The position numbers were made by a program, and so were the translations under genes. Below are positions 1 to 13,129 of a stretch of 64,000 nt of DNA, one piece after another. Origin of the DNA: Sphagnum compactum (Eukaryota); the NCBI GenBank assembly GCA_965153455.1, contig OZ234493.1:10220213-10284212 (forward strand), given 5' to 3'. A model generated the notes under the pieces. The model made no database searches, was not told the origin of the DNA, and worked only from the letters and a program-made list of their open reading frames with translations. Numbering within the stretch: position 1 is the stretch's first letter; each line of letters opens with the position of its first letter.

Positions 1-59
1 TATTGAATTTAGGGTGTTTGACAGAAATAATGTTTTGCAAGATGTCTTGTTGCTTGCAG

Positions 60-903
60 GTTAACATCCTTTATACATGAGTTCATTATTAACAAGGGGG
101 GTACCAAGGAACCAACACTCTCATTTTAGATCCAACAACATTATGCAAAATTGAAGCTTGATGCGGATATTTCCCTTTTAGACAACCCCACCAAGTGCCT
201 AAGCATGGATGCCATGGATTTTTTCAGGTTGTGATTCTCACATTTTCATATTGATTCACAGCAAATGTACATCACACATCCTCACCTTTGGGACATTGTA
301 AAAAATTGGACCAAGGAAAGAGGGGAATCAGAATAGAGTGTACTACAATTTGTCCAAAAGAAACTAGAAATCCCACTCTATGTCAAGGACCTCATAATCC
401 CACTGCAGTATGCCAACCATTGGAGCATGATTATAATGAATGAGGACCAACTCCTACACTATGACCCTCTAAAGATTGAAAACATCATCCTGTTTGCATT
501 GGTGCACTATTGTTTTGCCAAATTGTGGGTTGTTAGGCAAGGTCCCATGTCTTGGAATGCCACTTGGAAGTGGGCCACATCAAACAACTCTTGCGTGTGG
601 CTAGATGGGCCACAACAAGAATTAGACTAGGAATGTAGGTTTTATGTTATGAAGTTCATAACTAGTTATTGCAAGTGGAAACCTACGAATCCGTTTAATA
701 GCATTTAGGTATGTGTATGTTTGAAATCTTGGTAGATCTATATGTGATTGTAGCCCATTCTATGGTGCAACCTAACCTACTAGGTTTGGTGAATGTAGGT
801 GACACCAAACATGTTCTCGAAGGTGGTAGTCGTTCAAGCATGAAACACATTGCGATCTACAGTTATAGATGCCCTACAACAATCAAGGTAATTAAAAACT
901 AGG
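60..903 (+). pseudogene. Ulp1-like (peptidase C48, SUMO protease-like) pseudogene, probably cargo of the adjacent MULE element
   Basis: The frame of ORF 427-630, extended both ways, reads LIIPLQYANHWSMIIM..LLHYDPL..DGPQQELD*ECRFYVMKF. This matches the C48 H-W / D / Q..ECG.YV catalytic pattern. TAG at 628-630 is probably a mutated TGG. Acceptor TGCAG ends at 59. Confidence 0.75.
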
Positions 904-1859
904 TGGATGGTTGGGGTGGACCTACCGATTGAAGGTGTATAATCAAATTCAACACACTCTCACAACATAATAAGAGCATGACGAAGTGGCAAAACAAAGA
1001 AGCTTGGTTCCTATGTTTCTCAGACAACAAATATATATATATATATGGCATTTAACATATGTTTTGGTTTTTTTTGTGCCAATAGATTTTGGTTGCCCTT
1101 CAACTTCAACATTGTGTATTATGTATTGTTTTGCTTTGTAAGGCCAAATGTTATGTGGGATTTATAGCCAATGTATGGCAATGACACATTATAGACAACC
1201 AACTTCAATTATTAATTGTGCCCTTTCTATGGACTATTTAAACTGAAGGGTATCACTTGTTGTAGTTGTTGTTGCATTGTTGGTTTCCAAGTTATAGGTG
1301 TGATGTCCAAATCTATTCATTACATTGTTGTTGGATTATTGTTGCATTATTGGTTTCTAGGTTGGCTATGTGGTTCTAAAGTGTATGTATAGGTTGTATT
1401 TGAGTGAATTACAATGTGGCATTCATGGTGTAAGGCACATATTCATTGGGTGTATTGCAACAAGTTGCAAATGGTACAATTGAACAACAATAGCATGCAT
1501 AAGATAAATGGATCGAAAACATTGAACACAATTTGCTTGCCATAGTTGCATCCATCACACAATAAACCACTTCAATCTACAACAATATATTCCCATATTA
1601 AACATACACTTAAACCCCAAAGTAGAAGCCATAGAACATTGATTATGTCTACAATGTGTTATTACATATTTTGTGACAATAATGTCTACCAAATGTTCCT
1701 ATAATTCCTTGTACAATGTCCCATAAAAAATGTATAAATCCAATATTTGTGTTTAAATTGTTTTCAGATTCCAGCAAACATTATTTGGTACATAAAAAAA
1801 CCCCAACAAATCACAAAAAAAAACTTAAAATTGACCCCACCTTAAGGTACCACATTTCA

Positions 1860-2215
1860 GATGTGCCTATGCCTTGTTGTTCTATCCTTCAAATGGTTGT
1901 GTTTCTAGGCAGGGGATTCGAGCAGTCCTCTATGCCTTTTTAATGCATTATCACTTACTACGTATGGGAACAAAGTTGTGGTAGCTTGGTGTGCCAAGTT
2001 GGCAATAGCCTGCACTAACATGTTTTGTTGTTTGCCTCTCAAAACTCTCAATGCTTAAAGCAAATGCAATTGCAAGGTTGGATGGTCGTGGCTTTAAGGT
2101 TAGAAAAGACCTTGTTGATGACATCAATTACATCCTCATCTTTTGTGGATTCAAGATGATTTTTGAGCTCCGTGCTAATCTTTTGGCCATGTTGTTCATC
2201 ATTGGGATCATCATC
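1860..2215 (-). pseudogene. Displaced 3' end of the MULE/SWIM transposase gene whose main body lies at 24677-27840
   Basis: The minus strand from 2215 reads DDDPNDEQHGQKISTELKNHLESTKDEDVIDVINKVFSNL. This continues ...GLGNDDTIN (ending at 24674) in frame once the CACTA element is removed. Confidence 0.6.
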
Positions 2216-2419
2216 CACTTTTATAAATTAGGGGTTTTATGCTGTAAATTTTGACTAAAATTTCAGTCATGACATACAATGGACAAAATGTCCTAAATTA
2301 AAATGGACTAGTCATTTCAAACTAAAATCTAACTAAGTTTGTTTTGACTGAATGTATGTTATGACTAAAATTTGTAATGTATGTTTTGATAGACCTAACT
2401 AAGTACCTAACTAACTTGG

Positions 2420-2880
2420 TTGCAAAATGGCATGTATGTTTTGACTAACCTAATTAACATGTTGGCCTATACCAAGGTGACACCCGGTATGTACATTTTG
2501 ATTGAACTAACTAAACATGACTAATACATTGGCCTACATTTTGGTACCACATGGAATATATGTTGTGACTGAGATGACTATTAAGTTTGCTAATACCTAA
2601 ATGCCACATGGCATGTATGTTTTGACTAAAATGATTTAAAAATGTGCCAATATCTAAGAGCCACATGGCATGTTTGTTTTAGTTAATAGGACTACCAAAG
2701 ATGCCAATAATTAGGTGCCACATGGCATGTTTGTTTTGATTGTGATGATTGACAAATGTGCCTATACCTAGTTGACACATGGAATGTATGTTTTGACTAA
2801 GATGAATAATGAATTAACTTATATTTATGTGCCACGTGGTTGTCTATTGTGATTAATTTTGTGACTAATATTGATTATGT
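2420..2880 (+). repeat. Subterminal tandem repeat of CACTA-A, ~57-bp period
   Basis: GCCACATGGCATGT(A/T)TGTTTTGACT-like units recur at about 2547, 2603, 2660, 2717, 2774 and 2830. Confidence 0.65.
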
Positions 2881-5789
2881 GGATGACTATAGGGCATGCC
2901 AAATGTCTTTTAACTATTCGTTCATTCTTTAATTGATTAATTATAAATGTATACCAACAATCAACTTAACTTATAGCCTAATTAACCTTACAATATATTA
3001 CAAATATATGCCTACATTAATACATTCACTTATTATCTACTTTGAACTTGTACATACCCATATCTCACACAAACATTACATGGATCATTGACACCGCACA
3101 CATGTATACTATTGCACAAACATATAAGAATTGCAAGCCAATATTTCATCACATTGCAAAAGTTTCAAAGCGTATTAAACATGATTTGATCCAAGGTTTA
3201 CTTGAGTCAATGAACACTATATTACACAATTGTAGAATGAAGTGGTTTGTTTCGAAGGCCAAAACACAAAATACCTAATTGCATATTCAACAATATGAAA
3301 AGGAAGGTCATGGTCTAAATTTGGAATTGGCAAATGAACACCTCTTATCAAGCAAATTGTAATGCCAACAGGAAGGCAATGTTCTGGCATTGAATGATTA
3401 TGATGTACAACTCCTTCACCCCCAAACTTGATGAAATTTCCAAGTGTACATTGTTTTCCTCCACTTGAACTAAGGTTGATATAATCATTCCTACGATACT
3501 ATAAAACAAATGTACAAATAAAACATTACAAGGAATTTGCAAATATATGATTGGATTTATAGCTCATTTTTTGTTGTAATTACCACATGTGACTTGCTAT
3601 AATGCCTAATCACCTTGGACAAGTCGCATAAAATTCTAGTCACAAAAGACAATATGTGGCACCAAGTTGCAAAGGTAGTCACATAAAGATGTGACTTACA
3701 TGAACTTTTCATCCATCCAAACTAGCTCATGTGGCATCGTCATTTTGTGACTGATTTTATGATTAAAAAATGTAGTCACATTATTTATATATTTTAAATA
3801 TTTTAATATTTTAATAATAAAATATGATTATATTATATATGTATATTATTGTTAATTTCATTAAATTCAACTTGTACCATGTTGACACATGTCATTCCAT
3901 AGGCTAGACTTTAAAAGCTAGTTTAGGTTGTTAGGTAGGCCACCTATTGTGCCTATTTAAGGTCACCTAATAGGTACTTGCCTATGTTGGTTACATAGGT
4001 AAAAAATATTCAGTCAACATTCTAGCATTCACCATAACCCATGCCATTCTTGAAGATTGATCCTTGAACCCCAAGGATGGAGATCAATTCCTTTACGACC
4101 AAGCCACCCCACTTGTGGAAAAGAAGTAACATGCATTTTATTTAACCTTTTTGATTTCAAACATCATATTTGAACTTTGATATCTTATTACGATTTTGTT
4201 CAAATGACAAGATTAAAGTTTAAACTTAAATTTTTTTCAATATTGTACATAAACATTTTTTTTTCCTCTTAAAAATATAAATCAATTTGAAAAAAATAAT
4301 ATTTGAATTTCATTATTCAATACAATTTCACAAACCATTATGTGGAAAAAAATTCAATCACATGATTTATAAATGGATAATATAATAACAAATACATAAG
4401 TAAATTTCATATCTTAAACATTCATTTGGTTCTAAAATTTATATTATACAATTTTTTTGATATATCATTATTTTCCCAACATAATTTAATTAAAACGTGT
4501 GATATATAATTTATTCACATATAATATTTATAAATGAATCATAAATAAGTTAATAAAAAATTTATGTAAAAATAAATTATATTTTTTCACATCTCAAACA
4601 TCTATTTGATTTAAGAAATTATTTTATACAATTTTGCTTATAATATATCATAATTGTACCAACAAAATGTAATTTAAATGTATGATATGCATGGGGTCAT
4701 AAATTACTCCTATTACCTAACATATTCAATAAATAAATTACATTGCCTACCCAATATAGTAATTAATTCAAAAAAATCACATATATCAACATGATAAAAT
4801 ATTTATTACTTAACCCACATACATATGACCTACTTGCTACTTATTACGTATCCTACTTATTTCCTATTTAATACATTAATTGCATAGCCAACCTAATTAT
4901 TTAATTACATTTACTACCTAGACCCTAACCTATTTAACAAATAAATTACATAGCCTAATTAATTAAATAATTAATACAAGAACATTATCACATATTAACA
5001 ATATGATAAAATACCTACTATTTAACCTTATTTCTACCATTAATTGCCACGGGTCCTTTGAAATTTTCACAAACCCACCAAACCTTACTACACATTTAAT
5101 GGCTAATTCACTGAAAAAAGTTAAGGGAAAACAATTAGACCATTAAATCCAGCAATTTCATGGCCAACTCGTTTTATTTTCACATTTAATTACATGTGCA
5201 TTTGCAACTAAAATTTATAGTCGCAAATCAACTAATTGAAAAGATGCCACGTGGTATCCAATGGCCTTTGAACCACCTTCTAAGTCACAAAAACAACTAC
5301 GTTTTCATCTATTTTGGGATGCCATTAAAAATGGATAATATAAGTGTAATTTGCGTTTTCATTTTCATCCAAATTGACATTAATCACAAGTATAAGTTGC
5401 ATATGCAACTACAAACCACTTTGTAGTCATTTATGTCAAGTGCCACAAGGGACAGTCTATATAAAGTCGCAAAAATGGTTGATTTGGATAGAAGTTGTAA
5501 ATGCATGGGTTGTAATGAAGGAAGTTAATAAGACAAAATAAATGAAATGTTTAATTACAAAGAACCATTTAATTCACTTTTGATCTAAAACATTTAAAGC
5601 ATACATACTTATTCTAAAACTTAAAAAATACAATCTACACATAATACAACAAGAACATGACAAAGGCAAAAGAGAAAACATGGTGATGTAAGGAATGCAA
5701 ATTAAGTGTTGACAGATGGAAAAGAGCAAACAAACATTGCAAATGATGTAAGCAATTCAACATGGTAACAATCAATGGCTTACATTTGG

Positions 5790-8700
5790 CTGGGTTTCTG
5801 CTGCCCTTTTTATAGCTGCCTCATCTACTACTAACCTAGTAGCTTGTTTGTAACCAATATTGTCTCGTATGGAGCCTTTTTTATTTGTCAAAACTATCCT
5901 TCATGATGTACTTCGCTTTGCCATGTGGCTTTGGAGTTCCCCACACAACTTTAAAACACCACCACATAAAAATCATAACAAATTGGCTTCATGACATTTG
6001 AATTACAAAAATTAGAACAAGTGGAAAACCATGGAAATGAAAGTCTAATGGGTTTTAGGTTGCAAGTCGTTTTAATCACCTAAGTAGGAGCAAACCGTGC
6101 AAAAGCTCTTAGGGCTTTCCAATGCAGGTTTTGTCTGCTAATTTGTTGCTGCCCATTTGGGTTGAATCCAACATACTTTAAAGCACTTGGAGCCTCAGAC
6201 AAGCCAACCAAGTAAAGCCACAGTTCCTCCAATAGATAGTTATCGTTGTATTCGTTATTAAATGGATGGGGCATGATATAAGAATAAAGAACATTACCCA
6301 TGCACTTGTATAAATAGTCATCAATCAACATGTTATTAGGACCCGATTGCTTAAACTCGGGACTAATTTCCTTCCACACCCTATCCATGTTTTTCGGAAC
6401 CAATGACCGGTCTTTGTTTAACGAATGGGGAATGCATGTGTCTAGACACTTCTCAACACCCCATAAAAAATAGGTTTGAACCCTAACAAACCCCTTAATA
6501 GTAAATCAACCATGAGTTTTAGATTAAGTAGAGTTGGTTGATGACCAAATGCTAATGTCAAACTTACTACTACACAACTCCAAGAATTATTGGGAATTAA
6601 GGCACAAGCTTACAAGTTTGTTTCCACACCTCTATGGAGGAATTAATGGATGCCATAGTTTCCTATATTTCACATGAATGGCTTCACATAACAAGCCATT
6701 CACATCTAAAACTAAGAGATGACGTTCCCTATGCATAGCTAGGGACATGTCATGGCATGAAATAGTGCAAGTGCCTGTTGGCAAATCAAACCTCATTTCT
6801 TTTGTTGTGTCCACATGGTGATCTAATTTCATGTGCATAGGAACATTTGCACCCATCAACATTATTTTACTAACTTCCAGCATATTTATCCCACAATTGC
6901 TAGATCCAGTCACATTTTGATTTGGCAATGTAAAGCCTTCATGATCAGATGCTTGGACCATCACCACTGTTAAATTGAGCTCCTTGCTAGTAGGCACATT
7001 AGAAGTTGATGGTGGTTTTGTAGGTAGGGAAAAATCTACAAATCCACAAACATTTTCATTTAACAACTTATGGATGATTGTTATTTTAGCTACATCAAAC
7101 TTTTGAAAAAAAAAACATTGAAAGAAAACAAATCAAATTCAACAAAAGCTATATGATAGGCCCACCTTCTACCCACCATTTGTCAATATGTTTTCAATTC
7201 ATATTACTCTTAAGAAATGCTAGTCATTTAGAAAACATTAACAAGGTAGCACCTAGAAATTCATCCCCTTTGACCTACTCCGGATTTATCTATTTAGCAA
7301 CCTCATTAGTACGCTTTATTGATGAAGTTAGGCCACCGCCCTAGCAACCCATCCCACAACATCCCTTTAGCCTAATTAAAATTTTGATTTAGAAATGAAA
7401 CTATAATGATAACTACACATGATATATCACATTTTGGAAGACAAACAAATTAGTTGGGTAATATTTCTTACCACTCCCATGTTACCATCATGATTAGATG
7501 AAATTTTTGTAATACCATCTAACAAATTTTCCCCCTTTGATCCTAAAAAACTAACATGAACAATTGATAATTTCATAAATGCACGGAGTTCTTCCATGAT
7601 TGTGTTCATTTACTTTTCTTGGTGTTTTAGTTGATCCTACAAGGTGGATTTCAACTCCTTAGTGCCCTTCACAATCTCATCATGGTTATTCTCCATGGCT
7701 CCTAGGCACATCTCTAGCTTAGATGTCAAGGAATGGCTTAGCTAGTCCATGTTTTCCTGTATTTGAAAGGGTCGGGACATAGTTCAATTCACAATGAATT
7801 CAATGGACCTGGAATGATGCAACATCCTTACTTGTCTTGATAATTAACCCTAGATGCATTTGAAATTATGAAACATATGTGAGGCACATTCCAACATCTA
7901 CAGATAGCCAATTTAAAAAGCACAACAGAAATCACCCATTTCAGAGTTTTGTGTACTTGGAAGATAATAAACCTAGCTAGGAGCCCAATTCTTAGCCTTC
8001 ATATAAAAATCTCTCCTAATATATTACCTCAAATTTCAAATTTAAGGACTTAGGATAGACTTTTTGCTTTAACATCTTTTTCATCCACCTCTGGCCTTTT
8101 CTGATTATAGGGTTTCTCTTGTTCACTTTCCTTTTGAAGCTCCACCAATGTGGGCTTACATCCTAGCCTTGCTTCCTATAGACCCCAACCAATTTGTAGA
8201 CCATTGCAAAATTAAAATCTAGCAAATTGTTCAAGGAAACCAAAAATAACAAGTTTGAAAACATGGTGGGAATTTTAAAAATTACCATCCGTTCCTCCAA
8301 CCCAATGTCACCTCCCCATTCAACTCGGGATGGAATCTTCTAAGCTATTTGAATTTTTGCCATTTGAATGGCCCTTACAATATTCTCCTATTATGTTAAA
8401 ACTTCAATCAGTTGTTTTTACTATGTTTCAGAGCAATTCCACGATCTCCCTTCACCTTTTTCCCATTTTTTTTCAATCATCCACACCTACTTTTCAAGAC
8501 AACAACCACTTGATCTTTGATGTACATGTAAGCAAGGGGATGGTCCAAGTACTCAAACCCCATCTCCAAGGCCTCTTTTATTGCCTCCAACTCTTTAGTA
8601 GATTGCGTATGAATGTCATCAATAGTCGGATTGAGTTTCAAGGCATAGCCTTGAAGTGCAGTTAACCAACTAACTCTGCCACCACCAACGAATTTGCCCT

Positions 8701-11700
8701 CTGGATTACAATGCACAACAGGTTTTAGATCTTTACCACGAAGTTCAACTGTTTCTATCCCAAGCCTTTTCATTACCTTGTCCAATGGCCAATGCCTAGC
8801 CTTTTGTTTAACTTGCCAGGAGGGTGTTTGCACACTACGATGACCTTATATGGATGTCACAATGGCAGTTTTTCCTGTATTCCTTAGATACAAAAATAAA
8901 ATAAAATAAAACTCATTGAAATAATAAAAAGGGACTCACTTATCTAAAGCTATCATAATCAACTTTCCAAGAATGAAAAAATCAAATCAAAATCATGGAT
9001 AACCAATTAATAATGGACTTTTGAATTTTGCTCACACTTTTTGTCACACTTGCAAAACTCACGAATATGGATTTTTATCTTACAATGTGTTAGTCTTATG
9101 CGTTTGAAACTTTGGGATATTGGATGAATTATGTTTTAAAAACTAAAGATCCATTGAATGAATGGAATGTGATTTTAATTTATTATGTTATGGACTTTTT
9201 AAAATCCCAAAAATTGTATTTATTTTAAAAGCATTTTCAAGCATTTAAAATTTATTATTAAAAAAATCTTTTGTGATATTTTATATATGTTTTATAACAT
9301 CATGATTTGAAATTGGAAATGGAAAGAAGTTACTTTCAATATCATCTAAATATTCATATTTTAAGCCATTTTTCAATTACATTAAAAAAAGACTTTGAAA
9401 AGGGAATTTAATTTGCCGAAATTGTGAAACCCTAATGTGCTTTCACCCAGAATGCGGACTAGATGAGACCATTGTGTTATCTAACTGGGTAGATGCACCT
9501 GTAATAGAATTGACATCTACATTGGATTGACCTCCATGTGTTTTTGGTGCATTTACAATATATGTAAGGCTTGTTGGATTACTTACTGTAACAAGCAACC
9601 CTCCTTGCACATGCATGGGTCCTAAAGTTCTAAGCCATGTTAAAGGGGTTTGCTACATTTGCAAGTACTAACTAGAAGGCACCAATGGGATTTGGGGGTA
9701 TTGATTAAATGGTGTAGAACTTGGATATGGGGTTGGGGGGAACTTAGTGGGTGGTGTCTACCGGATTGGGGTGTACTAAGAAGATGGGGGGTATTGAGAG
9801 GAGGGTGCACACCTAAAGTGTATTAAGTAGATGTTAGCAAGGGTTATGGGTATTGACTGGTTGCTTAAGACATTTGTGGGTACAGAGGGTTCTGCAATGG
9901 CATATGAATATATTAGTTTCTGCTATCGGCACATGTGGGTACTGATTGGATGATGGTTGTGAACGATAGGTAGCAAAAGTTGGTATAGTTGTGGAGTTGT
10001 GGGGAATAGTAGGCATGGGCCATCTAGGAGGCATGGGCCAACCAAGAGGTAGTTGCAAAGTCAATATATTGCATACAACACCTCAAGTGGGCCTTGTGGT
10101 ACAACATGTGGAAGTTGCTATGCATTCTCCATCACATGCAATCTAATATTGTGAGATGATTTTACATTAGTCAAGGTAAAACAAAATGAAACATCAACAA
10201 CATAAATAATAGTAAAATCAAAATCAATAAAAAATTGGATTAAAGGGAAATCCATCCAAGCCTACGTCATCTTGAGGTAAATGTTGAGTAAAACTGCCAG
10301 TTTCATAAAACTTAGTCAAGACAATTATAGTAGGCAAGGAATTTATAGTTTCTTTTCTTGTTTGTTTATTCAAAATCCTTTCACCACTGGAGCTATATTC
10401 ATCTTGTTGTGATGTAGGGGGTTAAGCTGCAACAACTTGGTGACCCACAAGCTTGTCAAAAAGATTTTACTTTAGTTGTTTCTGCATTGTCCACTGCTTT
10501 GGTTGGAGGTCTACACATTGTCCCTTCTTTTAAAACATGAACACCAAATGTTAGTCTTAGGTTTTAGTTTAGTGGAATTCTATTGGGCCATTATAGAACA
10601 CAAAGAATGTTTGGTACCTCAAGCTAAAAACACATTAATGTAAAATAAAATTGTAGTTCAACAAAACTTACAAAGAGCACCAACACTGGAATTTGTGATT
10701 TACCTAGGCTTCTACTTGCAAAACTTCAGGTTGTCAGATGCAAAAGGCAATGTGAAGAAAACCCCAAAACAAACAAGGAATGAAAAATTGAAAAACAAAA
10801 ATGGGACACACAAATATCATAATTATGGAACTAGAACAAACTAAGGATTTTCAAAAGGAAAGGAATTTTGACAATAACAATTTGGTCATCAAAGGAAACA
10901 TTTTGGGACAAGAGGTAGGGTTTTAGGAAGAAAAACATGTTTCCAACTTTTTCCTCCTCTAAATTATCATTAGATGTATCTTCAGTTTCATCTTTCACGT
11001 CTTCTTCACCAAATTCCTTGTCAGAGTCCAACTTTTGTTCTTGATTAGATTCTGAACATAATGGCCTAACTCCTTTGCTTGATTTAGAATTATTCTCAAC
11101 CACAACCATTGCAGACTTGCGGAAGTGCGTGCTACGTCAAAGCTTAAATGTTGGGTTGATGTTCACTTTCAAACGTCGAATTCAAGCAACAGCCAAAATG
11201 ACGTTCAAGCTTTCCGATGTATTTTTCCCTATAACATTCAAAACCACAACAAAAAAAGGGGGGAAAAAAAACACCAAAACTATTATAAGTGCATGTGAGA
11301 GTGAGAGCAATGAAGGGAGAATGAAGATGAATGTAAAAAGATCAAACAAACAGATTAAAAAAAGGCATTGGAGAAGGCGAAAACCAAAAATGAATCGTAG
11401 CTAAAATTCAAAATTTCAAAGTACCACACATTGGATGAATAGGCAAGCATGGATTGTTGAACTTTATCTAGAAATGAGATGAAAAGTAGGTTTAAAGAAG
11501 AAACCTATTTACCTTAAACACAAATGGTGCCCAATTCTCTAACCTTATAAACTTTGGCAAATAAATTATCCTGCAAGAAATTCAATTCCAAAGTTCTCTA
11601 AACCTATAATGCTCTACAAAGAAAGAACTTGAATTAGGAGCTCACTTCCAATTTGCTTCGAAAATTGATGCAAACTTTGCCTCATTTTTTGCAATTGTGC

Positions 11701-12110
11701 ATAGACATACCTAATCATATAGTCCCCTACAGGTTCAGTTGACGCACTTGCGACCTCCATCACCTCCTTATTAGTTTGGATTGCAAATGCCAATGCATGA
11801 GGTAAACAACAACCCTTATCCCACATTACAATGTTCTCCCACCCTCCATTTTCCCTTCTAACAAAAATGTGACTTTGCCATCATATTCCCACTTTGCACC
11901 TTTTACACCAAATACATTGACAAGTATATTCGCGCATGCTCCCTACTATTTCCCTCTTCAAGTGACACTTGTAACTTTTTAGTTAAAAGCTCCATTGCTT
12001 TTTTCTTTGCTGCCCACCTCAAAGTTGTTCCAATAATGCACATGTAGTTGTGTGCATTGCCATTTGACTACATCTCATAAACTGGAAATATAACTTTCTT
12101 AACAACCATT
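5790..12110 (-). pseudogene. Decayed multi-exon accessory gene(s) of CACTA-A: unknown N-terminus, Pro-rich linker, TnpA-like/ORF2 segment, coiled coil, C-terminal FCP1/NIF HAD-like domain
   Basis: A chain of minus-strand exon-like segments, several with AG/GT borders (ORF pieces 11614-11826, 10831-11109, 9834-10064, 8477-8833, 7427-7609, 6632-7066, 6080-6403), with scattered stops. It is transcribed divergently from the transposase. The TnpA-like call for 8290-8880 is from recalled similarity only. Confidence 0.55.
6080..6730 (-). pseudogene. FCP1/NIF (CTD-phosphatase-like, HAD superfamily) domain, frameshifted
   Basis: Motifs in order: RHLLVLDVNGLL, FDISIWSST, FLWGVEKC, PKNMDRVW, NNMLIDDYLYKCMGN..YSYIMPHPF. 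These match the plant FCP1-homology subfamily pattern LLVLDLNGLL..VGIWSS..K.L.K.W..NTLLIDDSPYK..NP. Confidence 0.8.
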
Positions 12111-13129
12111 TGTTAAAAAGTCTGATTTTTTTGCGTTTATATGGAATTGTGCAATGTGTACTGCCCTAGTAACATGTTTAAATGCTTCAAAGTACTATGA
12201 CAGAGTTAATCACATGCTTGTATGCCTAAAAACACTAAATACCCCTTTTAATATTAATAAATAATGCTTGTACATATTGTTTTCAATTTTAATTTTCAGT
12301 ATGTACATTGCTCGATACATATTAGTTTATGTTCTCAATTATATTATTACTACTTTAAATAATATGTACATTTCATAATCACAAAACCCTTTCCATTAAA
12401 TATGGACTATATTATTGCAAGCTTGCCATAATTACCAAATTAGCATAACCAATAAGCTATTACAATCCACACAATTTGTGTTTATATTCTATACCTAATG
12501 TATAAATTACAAATTATGGGTACATTGTGTTGCTTGGAAGTTGGGTTAATTTTAAAAATTTGGTGTTATTTCTTCCAAATTATGTTAGTCACTTGCAAAT
12601 TCAACAATCCTATGGACACTGAATTCCTTCTACTACCAGATTAATGTATCATGGCATGGTCTAACTTGTATTCAATGTATTACATGTTTTTTACAAGTTA
12701 TTGTGTGCAATGGCAAGAGTACCATTGCCCAATGGACAAATCCAATGGCGTATTGACACCTAAACACTATTTGATTTCAAAGATTTTGAGGCAAATCGAC
12801 AAGGTTTAATTAGTTATGAATGCCCTTGTACATGTTGCCATGGTGTAAGAATACAAACTTGTGGCACAATTAAAAAACATTTGAGACAAAATGGACATGA
12901 CCCATATCTCCGATGGCCAATGGTGGTATGGATTAATGTTGTGCGTGTAAATGGTTTGGGACTTACATTCCATGTATGTACAAATCCCATAATGAAATTT
13001 ATTTACACTCCGTACAAGTGTAAATGTATAAAATTTATTTACATTCACTATTAAAATTCTTGGTTTTTAAACGGTCCAAGTTGATTAATTCGTCTTTTTT
13101 GACTAGTGAACATGTACATTTTGACTAGA

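Noticed and set aside
3524-5517. Another nested CACTA (CATTACAA... / ...TTGTAATG ends, AGTCAC/TGCAAC repeats)
   Set aside because: Terminal match is only 8 bp and the flanks differ (AAA vs AAG). Plausible, but the boundaries are unsupported.
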